Source: an uncultured Bacteriovoracaceae bacterium
Lineage (GTDB): Bacteria > Desulfobacterota > Desulfomonilia > UBA1062
Direction of reading: 5' to 3'
Length of the DNA stretch: 64,000 nucleotides
Assembly (NCBI GenBank): GCA_964572405.1
Contig: CAZNGL010000002.1
Coordinates: forward strand, 1,061 to 65,060
Part shown: positions 27,962-37,720 of the stretch, piece after piece
Numbering within the stretch: the first letter of the stretch is position 1
How the letters are laid out: each line of letters begins with the position of its first letter
The notes under the pieces: generated by a model
Databases searched by the model: none
What the model was told of the DNA's origin: nothing
The model's input: only the letters and a program-made list of their open reading frames with translations
Made by a program: the position numbers and the translations under genes

Positions 27962-29365
27962 CTATGCCATGTTCTGTTCGGATGGTTTCTCGAGCTTCTG
28001 CTTCTTTATCTTCTCCACCAGGGTGGTGCGGTTCACGCGAAGCAGCTTGGCTGCCCGGTTCTTGACCCAGTTGCTCTTGGTCAGCGCCTGGATGATGATA
28101 TTGCGCTCGAATTCGTTCACCGCGGTGGACAGGTCGATGCCCGAGTCGGGGAGGTCAATGAGATGCCGGGTGACTGCGGACGCCGGCGCAGCCGAGAGGA
28201 TCTTTTCAGGGAGGTCCTCCGCCTCGATGAGTGGGGCGTCGCACAGGACCACCATGCGCTCCACCAGGTTCTCCAGCTCACGCACGTTGCCGGGCCACCG
28301 GTAGCGCATGAGCGCGGAAAGCGCCCTCTTGCTGAACTCGGCCTTTTTCTGGCATTTTCCGTCGCCGTACTTCTCGAGGAAGTGCTTGACGAGGAGCGGG
28401 ATGTCGTCCGACCTCTCGCGCAGCGGCGGGATGTGGATGGGGATCACGTTGAGCCGGTAGTAGAGGTCTTCCCGGAACCTCCCGGCATTCACCTCCTCCT
28501 CGAGGTCCCTGTTGGTGGCTGCGATGATCCTCACGTCGGCCCTGATGGACTTCACGCCGCCCACGCGCTCGAACTCGCGCTCCTGGATGACGCGCAGGAG
28601 TTTGACCTGAAGGTTCGGGCTCATCTCCGAGATCTCGTCAAGGAAGATGCTGCCGCTGTTTGCCAGCTCGAACCTGCCGATTCTCGTCCTGAAGGCCCCG
28701 GTGAAGGCACCCTTCTCGTGGCCGAAGAGCTCGCTCTCCAGCAGTTCTTCCGGAATGGCCCCGCAGTTTACCGGGACGAAGGGGTTGGCGGCCCGGGCAG
28801 AGTTGAAGTGCAGGGCCCTGGCGACCAGTTCCTTGCCCGTGCCGGATTCGCCGAGGATGAGGACCGTGGAGTCGGTGGACGAGACCTTGTCTATGAGGCT
28901 GAAGATCTTCTGCATCTTGTCGGAGGTGCCCACGATGTTGTCGAACTTGTACTTCGCCTTGAGCTGCTGTTTGAGGAAGACGTTCTCCTCCTGGAGGGCG
29001 AGGTGTTCCAGGGCCCGCTTCACCACCACCTTGATCTCGTCGGCCTTGAAGGGCTTGGTGATGTAATCGAAGGCCCCGAGCTTCATGGCGTCCACCGCCG
29101 TCTTCACCGAGCCGTAGCCCGTGTACAGGATGCCGATGGTGTTCAGCTTGTTGTCCACCATGTGCCGGATCACCCCGAGACCATCGAGGCCGGGCATCTG
29201 CAGGTCGGTGAGCACGATGTGAAAATAGTCCTGGGAAAGACGAGCCACTGCGTCGTTTCCGTTGGCGGCGGTGGCTACGGAATACCCTTCCTCGGAGAGG
29301 ATTTCACAGAGATACTCCCTGTTCTGGGCTTCGTCGTCAACAATGAGTATGGATTGGTTTCCCAT
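27962..29365 (-). CDS. Sigma-54-dependent two-component response regulator (NtrC family; FlrC/FleR-like)
   Basis: Canonical receiver (ILIVDDE ... [12 protein letters not shown]). AAA+ domain with GESGTGKE and GAFTGA. C-terminal HTH. Confidence 0.85.
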   Translation of the reverse strand: MGNQSILIVDDEAQNREYLCEILSEEGYSVATAANGNDAVARLSQDYFHIVLTDLQMPGLDGLGVIRHMVDNKLNTIGILYTGYGSVKTAVDAMKLGAFDYITKPFKADEIKVVVKRALEHLALQEENVFLKQQLKAKYKFDNIVGTSDKMQKIFSLIDKVSSTDSTVLILGESGTGKELVARALHFNSARAANPFVPVNCGAIPEELLESELFGHEKGAFTGAFRTRIGRFELANSGSIFLDEISEMSPNLQVKLLRVIQEREFERVGGVKSIRADVRIIAATNRDLEEEVNAGRFREDLYYRLNVIPIHIPPLRERSDDIPLLVKHFLEKYGDGKCQKKAEFSKRALSALMRYRWPGNVRELENLVERMVVLCDAPLIEAEDLPEKILSAAPASAVTRHLIDLPDSGIDLSTAVNEFERNIIIQALTKSNWVKNRAAKLLRVNRTTLVEKIKKQKLEKPSEQNMA

Positions 29366-29379
29366 AGGGTTGTGAGGGC

Positions 29380-29408
29380 ATTATAACGCATGGCGTCATA
29401 TGCGTCAA
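29380..29408 (-). promoter_or_regulatory. Sigma-70-type promoter (-35 TTGACG / 17 bp / -10 TATAAT) for the response-regulator operon, with an overlapping palindrome ACGCAT-N8-ATGCGT
   Basis: Read on the minus strand: TTGACG catatgacgccatgcgt TATAAT, then about 14 nt to the ATG (very short leader, no Shine-Dalgarno). Palindrome at 29386-29405. Confidence 0.45.
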
Positions 29409-29461
29409 TATATAGACGCTCTCATTCGGGAATCGGTTCACAGCCCGATTGAACCAGGGAT

Positions 29462-29746
29462 CTACTGTTCCTTGTCGTTCACCTGATCGCGCATATCCTT
29501 GCCGGACTTGAAGAACGGCAGCGTTTTCGACTTGACCTGGATCTTCTCCCCGCTCTTGGGATTTCTCCCCACATAGGGCCGGTAATCCCTCATGACAAAG
29601 CTGCCGAAGCCCCTGATCTCGACACGCCTCTTGTTCTTCATGGCATTGATCATGGAGCCGAGGATGGAGTTCACCAGGGCCTCTGCCTTCTTTGGGTGGA
29701 GAGCCATGCGCATGGAGAGTTCTTCGATCAGTTCGGATTTGTTCAT
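29462..29746 (-). CDS. Integration host factor / HU-family DNA-binding protein (IHF subunit-like)
   Basis: 94 aa. IRGFGSF beta-arm motif, and R...P proline in the arm. Strong CCAGGAGGAG RBS. Confidence 0.75.
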   Translation of the reverse strand: MNKSELIEELSMRMALHPKKAEALVNSILGSMINAMKNKRRVEIRGFGSFVMRDYRPYVGRNPKSGEKIQVKSKTLPFFKSGKDMRDQVNDKEQ

Positions 29747-29783
29747 GTATCTCCTCCTGGTTCAGTCTGGATTCCCCTATAAG

Positions 29784-29811
29784 AATATAAAGCATGACGG
29801 GCTCATGTCAA
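29784..29811 (-). promoter_or_regulatory. Sigma-70-type promoter for the IHF/HU gene (-35 TTGACA, 16-bp spacer, -10 TATATT)
   Basis: Minus strand: CTTGACA tgagcccgtcatgctt TATATT, about 35 nt upstream of the ATG. Confidence 0.4.
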
Positions 29812-29815
29812 GTTT

Positions 29816-30538
29816 TTAATGTTTTTTTAGTATCTTATGGAGGGACCTGACCTCCTGTGGGCTCAGTTCGCGGATCTCGCCGGGCGCCATGCCCTTGAGG
29901 ACCAGGGGCCCGATGCTGATCCGCTTCAGCGACACCACCTTCAGGCCCACGGACAAGGCCATGCGCTTGATCTGGTTCTTGAGCCCCTGGTGCAGGGTGA
30001 TCCGCAGGGTGGAGCCGTCGGCGCCGGCGTGCACATGGACGATCCGGGCGGGCAGGGTCTTCTCCCCGTCGAGGACAACTCCCTGCTCCATCTGCGCGAT
30101 GCCCTCGGCCGTGGCCCTGGGTGTAACCTTCACCACGTAGACCTTGGGCACCTGGAAGGAGGGGTGATGGATGGCATGCGCCAAATCTCCGTCATTGGTC
30201 AGGATGAGGAGGCCTTCCGCGTCGTAGTCCAGTCTGCCCACCGGGAAGACCCCCTGGAACTGCCGGGGCACCAGATCCCTGATGCAGGGTCTGCCTTTGG
30301 GGTCGCTCATGGTGGTGAGCACGTACCTTGGCTTGTACAGGGCGAGGATACAGATCCTCTGGCTGGTGAGCGGCCTGCCGTCGAGGCGTACCTCGTCACG
30401 GGCCGGGTCGATGACATCGCCGAGGCGGGCCGGTTTCCCGTTGATCCGCACACGGCCGGCCTCTATGAGTTCGTCCGCCTTTCTCCGGGAGATGGCACCG
30501 CTGGAGGCCACGTACCGATTGATGCGTATCCCTGCCAT
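29816..30538 (-). CDS. rluB: 23S rRNA pseudouridine synthase, RsuA/RluB family (S4 domain + PseudoU synthase)
   Basis: N-terminal S4 (RINRYVASSGAISRRKADELIEAGRVRING). Catalytic GRLDYDAEGLLILTNDG aspartate motif. Confidence 0.8.
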   Translation of the reverse strand: MAGIRINRYVASSGAISRRKADELIEAGRVRINGKPARLGDVIDPARDEVRLDGRPLTSQRICILALYKPRYVLTTMSDPKGRPCIRDLVPRQFQGVFPVGRLDYDAEGLLILTNDGDLAHAIHHPSFQVPKVYVVKVTPRATAEGIAQMEQGVVLDGEKTLPARIVHVHAGADGSTLRITLHQGLKNQIKRMALSVGLKVVSLKRISIGPLVLKGMAPGEIRELSPQEVRSLHKILKKH

Positions 30539-30633
30539 GACAAGTCCTTATAGCGCAAAAAGGGTGTTTTGGGGGAGATGTCTGCGGGAGATGCCCGCAG
30601 CACTCAATGGTCCCGAGCGGTCCTGCTTCCCCT

Positions 30634-31029
30634 TTAGTCTGCGGTCTCTTCCTGTGAGTCCAGTCGTGTCCTGCACACGTCACAGTGGTCCCTGCAGTAG
30701 GGGTCGCTGCCTGTGTACACGATGAGGCTTGCATCGTCGCCCAGGCCGTAGCGTTCGGCGCATCCGGCACAGAAAAGGCGGCCGATGGCGTCGAGGTACC
30801 CGAGGACCTCCCTGCCGTGAGGGTGCTCAAGGGCGGTGTCGTTCCTGAATTCGCTGATGATGCCCATGGATCCGCACTCGGGACATGCATAGCCGCAGGC
30901 CGCGTCGAAGAAGGTGGTGCGGCAGGTGACCCTGGCGCAGTAGTACCGCTTGACCCTCTTCCTGTTCTTATCCATGAGGGAATGGATGATGTCGCTGTAG
31001 ATGTTCTTCCTTGACGCCTCTGTCTTCAT
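30634..31029 (-). CDS. Cys-rich hypothetical protein (multiple CxxC / zinc-ribbon-like motifs)
   Basis: About 130 aa with CPECG, CAGC and CDVC motifs. Alternative start at 31077. Confidence 0.3.
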   Translation of the reverse strand: MKTEASRKNIYSDIIHSLMDKNRKRVKRYYCARVTCRTTFFDAACGYACPECGSMGIISEFRNDTALEHPHGREVLGYLDAIGRLFCAGCAERYGLGDDASLIVYTGSDPYCRDHCDVCRTRLDSQEETAD

Positions 31030-31155
31030 GTCCGCTCCCTTCTGTGCCGGTGTCCATGGACTTTTGCAATGGATCATCTGTAAACCTCTTAGGGGCGGGG
31101 AGACATTGTTTCAATGGGATCGCCCCATGGCCCCGGCACGCGTGTGGCGCCCGCA

Positions 31156-31866
31156 TCAGAACATGCAAGGAATGTTCCTGCCAAGGGACACCCCGGAAAG
31201 CGATATGGCCGTGTCATATGCCAGGACCTCCACGCCGGCCTCCATTGCCTGTCGGAGCGCTGCGGCGTACTCGGGGTCGATATGACCGGCAGTGGTGAAG
31301 GCCGTGGCATCCATGCGCTGGATGATGAAAAGCATGACAGCCCTGTATCCCTTTCGACACAGGTCCTGAAGCTCACGTGCATGCCTGCGGCCCCTCGCGG
31401 TCACTGCATCCGGGAACATGGCCTTGGCGTCCACAACAAGGGTGGAGCTCTTCACCTCCACGAGGCAGGGTCTCTTTCCGGGCCCTTCGAGGAGCAGGTC
31501 GATACGGGAGCGATCGGACACCCTCACCTCGGGGCTGACATGCAAATAGCCGGACAGTTCGGGGATGAGCCCCTTTTCGATGGCGCTGCGGGCGATGCGG
31601 TTTGCCCGCAGCGTATTGACCACCACCAGCGTTTTGGGCATGCGGATCATCTCCCAGGTGTGGGGAAACTTCCTGCCGGGACTGTGGGATAGAGAGAGGT
31701 ACACGGGCCTGAGAGGCTCCGAGCACGTCAGCATCCTGCCCGGGTTGGGGCAGTGGGCGGTTACGATCGTGCCATCTGGGAGCCGGACGTCTGCCATGAA
31801 GCGCTTGTACCGCCTCAGCAGGGTCCCTGTGGTGAGCGGGGGCCAGCTGATCAGGGGGGTGTCCAT
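31156..31866 (-). CDS. sfsA: Sugar fermentation stimulation protein SfsA homolog
   Basis: LLRRYKRFMADV signature and length typical of SfsA. Start chosen at MDTPLISW by alignment to the family N-terminus. Confidence 0.75.
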   Translation of the reverse strand: MDTPLISWPPLTTGTLLRRYKRFMADVRLPDGTIVTAHCPNPGRMLTCSEPLRPVYLSLSHSPGRKFPHTWEMIRMPKTLVVVNTLRANRIARSAIEKGLIPELSGYLHVSPEVRVSDRSRIDLLLEGPGKRPCLVEVKSSTLVVDAKAMFPDAVTARGRRHARELQDLCRKGYRAVMLFIIQRMDATAFTTAGHIDPEYAAALRQAMEAGVEVLAYDTAISLSGVSLGRNIPCMF

Positions 31867-31927
31867 GGGCACCCTGTTAGCAGGGAGGAAACCTCGGGGC
31901 AAGGGGCGAGGTCGGTGCCCGGCTGCA

Positions 31928-33199
31928 TCACCCCCGCATCCGCTTGATGGCGCAGTACTCCCCGCACATGGTGCATTCCTCCCCGGCCCCGATGCCGCTC
32001 TGTTCCCTGAGCATGCGGGCGTACGGGGGGTTCACGGACAGCTCGTACTGGCGGTCCCAGGCGAGTTCCCTGCGCGCCAGCGCCATCTCCCGCTCCCGCC
32101 GGCGGGCAGAGCCCAGGCCCTTTGCCAGGTCTGCGGCGTGGGCGGCGATGCGTGACGCGATCACTCCCTCCACCACATGCCGCTCATCCGGCAGGCGCAG
32201 GTGCTCCGCAGGGGTCACGTAGCAGAGGAAGTCGGCGCCGAAGAATGCCGCCAGGGCCCCGCCGATGGCGCCCGCGATGTGGTCGTAGCCCGCCGCGCAG
32301 TCCGTGACCAGGGGACCCAGCACGTAGAAGGGCGCGCCCTGGCACAGGGCCTTTTCCATCCGGATGTTCTGCTCGATCATGTCCAGGGGCACGTGGCCGG
32401 GACCTTCGACGATCACCTGCACGCCCCTGTCCCTCGCCCGCCGGGCGAGTTCCCCCAGGGTGACGAGTTCGGCCATCTGGGCCCGGTCCGTGGCGTCCAC
32501 GGTGGATCCCGGCCGCATGCCGTCGCCCAGGGAGAGGGTCACGTCGTAATCGGCCAGGATGTCCAGTACCTCGTCGAAGTGTTCGTAGAGGGGGGATTCC
32601 CTCCTGTTCCTCCGCATCCACGCGATGAGCATGGAGCCCCCCCTGCTCACCACATCCAGGGCCCTGCCCTGGGACTCCATGGCATTCAGGGCATGCATGG
32701 TCACCCCGGCATGGATGGTCATGAAGTCGACGCCGTCTTCGGCCTGCCCGTGGATGGTGGCCAGGAAGTCTTCCATGGTCATGTCCGTGATGCCCCCGCC
32801 CCGGCACGAGAGTTCGTACGCGGTCTCATAGATGGGTACCGTCCCCACCATCACCGGGGATGCAGCCAGGATCTCGGACCTGATCCTCGGGATATCGCGA
32901 CCAAGGGAGAGGTCCATGACGGCGTCAGCCCCGTGCCTGACCGCGGCCAGGAGCTTCTTCAGCTCGCCGGAGACGTCCATGTTCAGCGGCGAAGCGCCGA
33001 TGTTGGCATTGACCTTGGTTCGCAGTCCTTCTCCGATACCACGGATGTGTTCGAAGTCCCGGCGGCGGTTCTTCGGGATCACCACCGTACCCTGCGCCAC
33101 CTTCCCGCGGACAGTCTCGGGATCCAGGCCCTCGTGGCGGGCCGTCCGGACCATCTCCGGGGTGACGATTCCCTGTCTGGCCGACTGAAGCTGAGTCAT
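31928..33199 (-). CDS. thiC: Phosphomethylpyrimidine synthase ThiC (radical SAM)
   Basis: 424 aa. C-terminal CTMCGEYCA cluster, conserved ThiC core. AGGAGGTAT RBS. ATGA overlap with thiE. The 577-aa ORF extension is rejected. Confidence 0.9.
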   Translation of the reverse strand: MTQLQSARQGIVTPEMVRTARHEGLDPETVRGKVAQGTVVIPKNRRRDFEHIRGIGEGLRTKVNANIGASPLNMDVSGELKKLLAAVRHGADAVMDLSLGRDIPRIRSEILAASPVMVGTVPIYETAYELSCRGGGITDMTMEDFLATIHGQAEDGVDFMTIHAGVTMHALNAMESQGRALDVVSRGGSMLIAWMRRNRRESPLYEHFDEVLDILADYDVTLSLGDGMRPGSTVDATDRAQMAELVTLGELARRARDRGVQVIVEGPGHVPLDMIEQNIRMEKALCQGAPFYVLGPLVTDCAAGYDHIAGAIGGALAAFFGADFLCYVTPAEHLRLPDERHVVEGVIASRIAAHAADLAKGLGSARRREREMALARRELAWDRQYELSVNPPYARMLREQSGIGAGEECTMCGEYCAIKRMRG

Positions 33200-34215
33200 G
33201 ATACCTCCTGGAACATGGTGTGCAGCCGCACCATCTCCGCGCAGGGGTCGGGAGACGACGCCACCGCGCCGATGACCGCCGCGCAGCGACATCCGCTCCG
33301 CCTCACCGCCGCCACGTGGTTCGCCGTGATACCCCCGATGGCCACCACCGGCACGGTGGAGACCTTCACCGCGTTGACCAGTGCAGACAGTCCGGTCACC
33401 TCCCCGGGGTTTTCCTTGGACAGTGTGGGGAACACGGGGCCGAAGCCGATGTAGTCCACGGGCAGCGCGTTCGCCCGGAATACCTGGTCTGCGGTGTGGG
33501 TGGACATGCCGATGACGACGTCTGGGCCAAGGAGGGTCCGGGCCGTGGCCGGGTCCATGTCGTCCTGGCCGAGGTGGAGGCCGTCCGCCTTCGCCAGGAG
33601 GGCGATGTCCGGCCGGTCGTTCACGATGAACATCGTCGGGGTGCCGGAGACGATCCCGCAAAGCGTTCTGGCAAGCTCCAGGAAGGCCCTGTCCGGGCCT
33701 CCTTTCCAGCGGAGCTGGATCGCGCTCAGACCGGCTTCGGCGGCCGTCTCCGCACGTTTCTGGATGTCCGGACTATTCCCGTTCAGGATGAGGTAGAGCC
33801 CCCTGGAGAGGCGCTTCTCCCGGGAGGTGAAGATCTTCCGCTCGATCTCGTAGGCCTCGTACCGGATCTTCTCGCACCCGGCAGAGGCGTGCGGGTTCCC
33901 GATCCTGAACACCTCCTCCAGGACCCTGAGGCCCTCCTGGGCGCGCTTCAGGTTCGCCCTGGCCACATCCGCCAGATCCTTCCGGGACGGCCCCCCTCCG
34001 GTCTCTGAGACGGCGCCCACATCACCGGCAGGGTTCCTGGCCGGGATGTACCCGCGGGTGTCCACCAGGGCGAGGAGGCCGTGGCGCATTGCCCTGAGAC
34101 GTTCCCGGAGGCCTCTGTCGTTCCATGCGTACCGGCACACGTCCTCTGCGGCGCGAAGCCCCTCGGTGACGCGGTTGATGTTCGCATCCACGATCCGCCG
34201 CATCTGCGCGTTCAT
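33196..34215 (-). CDS. thiE: Thiamine-phosphate synthase ThiE with an approximately 130-aa N-terminal extension domain
   Basis: C-terminal TIM-barrel ThiE motifs ([40 protein letters not shown]). ATGA overlap with the thi4 stop. Confidence 0.75.
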   Translation of the reverse strand: MNAQMRRIVDANINRVTEGLRAAEDVCRYAWNDRGLRERLRAMRHGLLALVDTRGYIPARNPAGDVGAVSETGGGPSRKDLADVARANLKRAQEGLRVLEEVFRIGNPHASAGCEKIRYEAYEIERKIFTSREKRLSRGLYLILNGNSPDIQKRAETAAEAGLSAIQLRWKGGPDRAFLELARTLCGIVSGTPTMFIVNDRPDIALLAKADGLHLGQDDMDPATARTLLGPDVVIGMSTHTADQVFRANALPVDYIGFGPVFPTLSKENPGEVTGLSALVNAVKVSTVPVVAIGGITANHVAAVRRSGCRCAAVIGAVASSPDPCAEMVRLHTMFQEVS

Positions 34216-34988
34216 GCGTCCAGCCTCGCAACGAGCTCCTGGGCCGCCTTCAGACCCGAGAGGAACATCCCGCCGAAGACCGGCCCCATGCGGTACCCGC
34301 CGAACACGGCGTTGGCCGCCATGCCCGAGACGAACAGGCCCGGGAAGGCCTCCTTCGTGTTCTCCACCGTGTGTCGCTCGCCGAGATCGGCATCCATGGA
34401 CTTCTCCCCCATCATGGCGCCCGTCTCGGTGTGGAGCCGCACCCCCATCTTGCGCACCAAATGCGAGACCACGTCCGCCCCGTGGCCCGTGGCATCGAGC
34501 ACGTAGCGCGCGTGCAGGGTCAGGGGGTCCACGTGGAGGCGGGCCGACTCCACCGGGGACCAGTTGATGACCAGCCCGCTCACCCTCCCCTGGCGGTACA
34601 CCACATCCTCCACCAGGATGCAGTTGAACACCGACAGGCCGGCCTGGACCGCGCGACAGGTGAGGCATCCGGACGCCTCCACGGCGTCCACGGTGTGGTA
34701 CCCAGGGGCATAGGAGACCGATCGCATGCCAAGCTCCTCCACGATGTGCAGCGCCTCGTCCTGAACCACGATCCGGTTGAACATCATGCCCCCGCCCAGC
34801 ATGCCTCCGCCCATGGACAGCTTCTTTTCGAACAGCGCCACCTTCTTCCCGGCCCTGGCCAGGAAATAGCCCGCCACGAGCCCCGAAGGTCCGGCGCCGA
34901 CGATGGCCACATCGAGCTCGAGGGCCGCCTCGAGCTTGGCGAGGTACGAGGAGATGATGGCCCTGGTGATGGTCGTTTCGTTGAGCAT
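34212..34988 (-). CDS. Thiazole synthase, Thi4/THI1 family (archaeal/eukaryotic type)
   Basis: [25 protein letters not shown] Rossmann motif and Thi4 family core. Start at [11 protein letters not shown]. First gene after the TPP riboswitch. Confidence 0.8.
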   Translation of the reverse strand: MLNETTITRAIISSYLAKLEAALELDVAIVGAGPSGLVAGYFLARAGKKVALFEKKLSMGGGMLGGGMMFNRIVVQDEALHIVEELGMRSVSYAPGYHTVDAVEASGCLTCRAVQAGLSVFNCILVEDVVYRQGRVSGLVINWSPVESARLHVDPLTLHARYVLDATGHGADVVSHLVRKMGVRLHTETGAMMGEKSMDADLGERHTVENTKEAFPGLFVSGMAANAVFGGYRMGPVFGGMFLSGLKAAQELVARLDA

Positions 34989-35063
34989 GGGTCCCTCCCG
35001 TGGGTGTTTGATGGTCCCTGCGGGGGTGGGACGAGACGACCCGGGCGCCATGTGCGCGATGAT

Positions 35064-35095
35064 AACAAAAAAACCGCCTCCTCACGAGGAGACGG
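35064..35095 (-). terminator. Intrinsic terminator forming the TPP riboswitch expression platform (9-10 bp GC stem + U7)
   Basis: Minus strand CCGUCUCCUC gug GAGGAGGCGG UUUUUUUGUU. The G-U wobble exists only in the minus-strand RNA. Lies between the aptamer and the thi4 ATG. Confidence 0.5.
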
Positions 35096-35119
35096 CCCTT
35101 CTACCCGTGTGGGGGACGA

Positions 35120-35222
35120 CGATGGTCCCTCACGATCTCCCTACGCTGGTATTACCCAGGTCAGGTTCAAAGGGTATGATCTCAGGCTCTCAGGAGCCAC
35201 CCCTGCGGAACGGCTTGCAGTA
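35120..35222 (-). promoter_or_regulatory. TPP (THI-box) riboswitch aptamer
   Basis: Minus strand: GCAGGGGUGGCUCCUGAGAGCCUGAGAUCAUACCCUUUGAACCUGACCUGGGUAAUACCAGCGUAGGGAG. Contains the conserved GGGGUG, CUGAGA and ACCUGAUCUGGAUAAUGCCAGCGUAGGGA elements. Confidence 0.85.
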
Positions 35223-35309
35223 TAGTCCCGGCCGGGACGGTCCGTCAAGGGGGAAGAGGATGGGGTTGGTTTTGACACCATGACCCCTGTACGGTATAAG
35301 GCCTGTGCA

Positions 35310-35927
35310 ATGGGCCAGATGAACGAGATCCTCAGCCAGATAGTCCTCCTGATCGTGCCGGTGCTCTTCTCCATCACGGTCCATGAGGTCAGCCACGGGT
35401 ATGCGGCGTATCTCTTCGGCGACCCCACGGCGAAGATGGCCGGCAGGCTCACCCTGAACCCCATCAAGCACATCGACCCCATCGGCATGCTGGTGCTCTT
35501 CATCACCCGCATGATCGGGTGGGCCAAGCCCGTGCCGGTGGACCCCCGATATTTCAAGCGCCCCAGAAAGGACATGGTGTGGGTCTCCCTGGCGGGCCCG
35601 GCATCGAACCTCGTCATGGCGGCCCTCACCGCCGCGGTCCTGAAGCTCGCCGGGCCGTCGCTGGCCGCCACGTACCTCTACCCCCTGGTGATCATGGGGC
35701 AGCTCATGGTGATGATCAATGTGGGGCTCGCCGTCTTCAACCTCATCCCCATCCACCCCTTGGACGGCAGCCACATCATGGAGGGGCTGCTTCCGCCGAA
35801 GATGGCCCTCGAGTACTCCAAGCTCCAGCCCTACGGGTTCATCATCCTGCTGGTGCTCATCTTCACCAAGGTGGTGGATTCCGTCATTGCCCCCATCATC
35901 ACCACCATCTATGGAATGCTCATGTAG
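35310..35927 (+). CDS. Site-2 protease family (M50) membrane zinc metalloprotease
   Basis: HEVSHG (HExxH) in the first TM helix. Multi-TM. LDGSH-like motif (HPLDGSHIMEG). Alternative start at 35280. Confidence 0.7.
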   Translation: MGQMNEILSQIVLLIVPVLFSITVHEVSHGYAAYLFGDPTAKMAGRLTLNPIKHIDPIGMLVLFITRMIGWAKPVPVDPRYFKRPRKDMVWVSLAGPASNLVMAALTAAVLKLAGPSLAATYLYPLVIMGQLMVMINVGLAVFNLIPIHPLDGSHIMEGLLPPKMALEYSKLQPYGFIILLVLIFTKVVDSVIAPIITTIYGMLM

Positions 35928-35948
35928 GAAGGAGAGAATACGGACAGT

Positions 35949-36935
35949 ATGGACAGAAAGCGCATCGTTTCCGGCATCAGGCCCACCGGGGATCTCCACA
36001 TCGGCCACTATCTCGGGGTGCTCAAGAACTGGGTGAGCCTCCAGGACGAGTACCAGTGCTACTACTTCATTGCGGACTGGCACGCGCTCACCAGCGAGTA
36101 CAAGGACCCCTCGGTCATCCGCCAGAGCGCCCGGGACATGGTGGTCATCTGGCTGAGCGTGGGCCTCGACCCCGAGAAGTCCGTCCTGTTCCGGCAGTCC
36201 GACATCAAGGAGCACGCCGAGCTGTTCACGCTCCTGTCCATGATCACCCCCGTATCCTGGCTGGAGCGCAACCCCACCTACAAGGAGATGAAGGAGGAGC
36301 TCAAGGAGAAGGACCTGAGCACCTTCGGCTTCCTGGGCTACCCCGTGCTCCAGGCCGCGGACATCGTGATCTACCACGCGGACCGGGTCCCCATCGGCGA
36401 GGACCAGCTCCCCCACCTGGAGCTCACCCGCGAGATCGTGCGGCGGTTCAACTACCTCTACGGCTCCGAGATCCTCAAGGAGCCCAAGGAGATCCTCACG
36501 GAGGCGCCCCGGGTGCCCGGGCTCGACGGCAGGAAGATGTCCAAGTCCTACGGCAACGCCATTTTCATCGCCGAGACCGAGGAGTCACTGAAGCCGAAGG
36601 TCATGCAGATGCTCACGGACATCAAGCGCATGCGCAAAACCGACCCCGGCGAGCCCAAGGACTGCAACCTCTACCCCTTCCACGAGTTCTTCACCGACGA
36701 GGCGAAGCGCGAGGAGATCCGCTCGGGGTGCAGGAGCGCGCAGTGGGGGTGCGTGGACTGCAAGAAGGTCCTCATCAAGAACCTTGTTGCCGAATTCTCC
36801 CCGGTATGGGAAAAGATCAGCTATTACCAGGGGCACCAGTCTCTGGTGGATGATATCCTCAAGGCCGGCTGCGAGCGGGCAACCCGTGAGTCCGAGCTCA
36901 CCATGGCGCGGGTCCGGGAGGCCATGAAGCTCTAG
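35949..36935 (+). CDS. trpS: Tryptophan--tRNA ligase
   Basis: 328 aa. HIGH motif (TGDLHIGHYLG) and KMSKS. Confidence 0.9.
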   Translation: MDRKRIVSGIRPTGDLHIGHYLGVLKNWVSLQDEYQCYYFIADWHALTSEYKDPSVIRQSARDMVVIWLSVGLDPEKSVLFRQSDIKEHAELFTLLSMITPVSWLERNPTYKEMKEELKEKDLSTFGFLGYPVLQAADIVIYHADRVPIGEDQLPHLELTREIVRRFNYLYGSEILKEPKEILTEAPRVPGLDGRKMSKSYGNAIFIAETEESLKPKVMQMLTDIKRMRKTDPGEPKDCNLYPFHEFFTDEAKREEIRSGCRSAQWGCVDCKKVLIKNLVAEFSPVWEKISYYQGHQSLVDDILKAGCERATRESELTMARVREAMKL

Positions 36936-36951
36936 GGTGCAGGGGGGGCGG

Positions 36952-37671
36952 ATGGAACATGCATATGCGGTTGCAGCGTCGGACACCCGGTTTGTGCTGC
37001 ACCTGCCCCTGTTCGAGGGCCCGCTGGACCTGCTGCTCTACCTCATCGAGAAGAACCGGTTCACCCTGTACGACCTGGAGGTGAGCCCCATCATCGACCA
37101 GTACCTGGCCTATATCGAGAAGGTGCGCCTGCTCGACATCTCGCTGGCGGGGGAATTCCTCGACATGGCCTCCTACCTCATCTGGCTCAAGTCGCGCATC
37201 CTGCTGCCCCAGGAGGTCACCCTCCGGGACGAGGAGGACCGCTCTCCGGTGGAGGAGCTCAGGGAGATGCTGCTGGCCTACCAGGCCATCAAACAGGCCT
37301 CACGGGAACTCGCCCAGCGGCCCATGCTCTACTGGGACACCTTTCCCAAGGGGGCGGTCCAGAGGGAACGTGACATCAGCCGCACGAGCCTGGGGCCGCT
37401 GCTGGAGGCCATCGCGGCGATCCGCGTCCGCACCAAGCAGCTCGTTGTGAGTATAACGCCCATGCGGTTCAGCATCCAGGAGATCATGGCCAGGATCCAG
37501 GGGCTCTTCACGGGAAGGGACACCATCGAGCTCAGGGAGGCCGCACCGAGCGGGGAGAAGACCGAGCTCATCGGGGCCTTCATGGCGGCCCTGGAGATGT
37601 CGCGGCTCAGCATCGTGAGGCTCCTCCAGCGGGGGCTGTTCGCTCCCATCTATCTGATGAAGAGGCAGTGA
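36952..37671 (+). CDS. scpA: Segregation and condensation protein A (kleisin)
   Basis: LHLPLFEGPLDLLLYLIEKNRF signature. Immediately followed by scpB. AGGGGGGG RBS. Confidence 0.8.
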   Translation: MEHAYAVAASDTRFVLHLPLFEGPLDLLLYLIEKNRFTLYDLEVSPIIDQYLAYIEKVRLLDISLAGEFLDMASYLIWLKSRILLPQEVTLRDEEDRSPVEELREMLLAYQAIKQASRELAQRPMLYWDTFPKGAVQRERDISRTSLGPLLEAIAAIRVRTKQLVVSITPMRFSIQEIMARIQGLFTGRDTIELREAAPSGEKTELIGAFMAALEMSRLSIVRLLQRGLFAPIYLMKRQ

Positions 37672-37720
37672 GGGGCCATGGGACGCTTCCTGCCCGGGGT
37701 GGACTGAAGGGGTCTTTTCC

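Noticed and set aside
29435-29455. Inverted repeat GGTTCA-N9-TGAACC immediately downstream of the IHF/HU gene on the minus strand, considered as a terminator.
   Set aside because: Short 6-bp arms and no U-tract after it on the minus strand. More likely a protein-binding palindrome or coincidence, so it is left uncalled.
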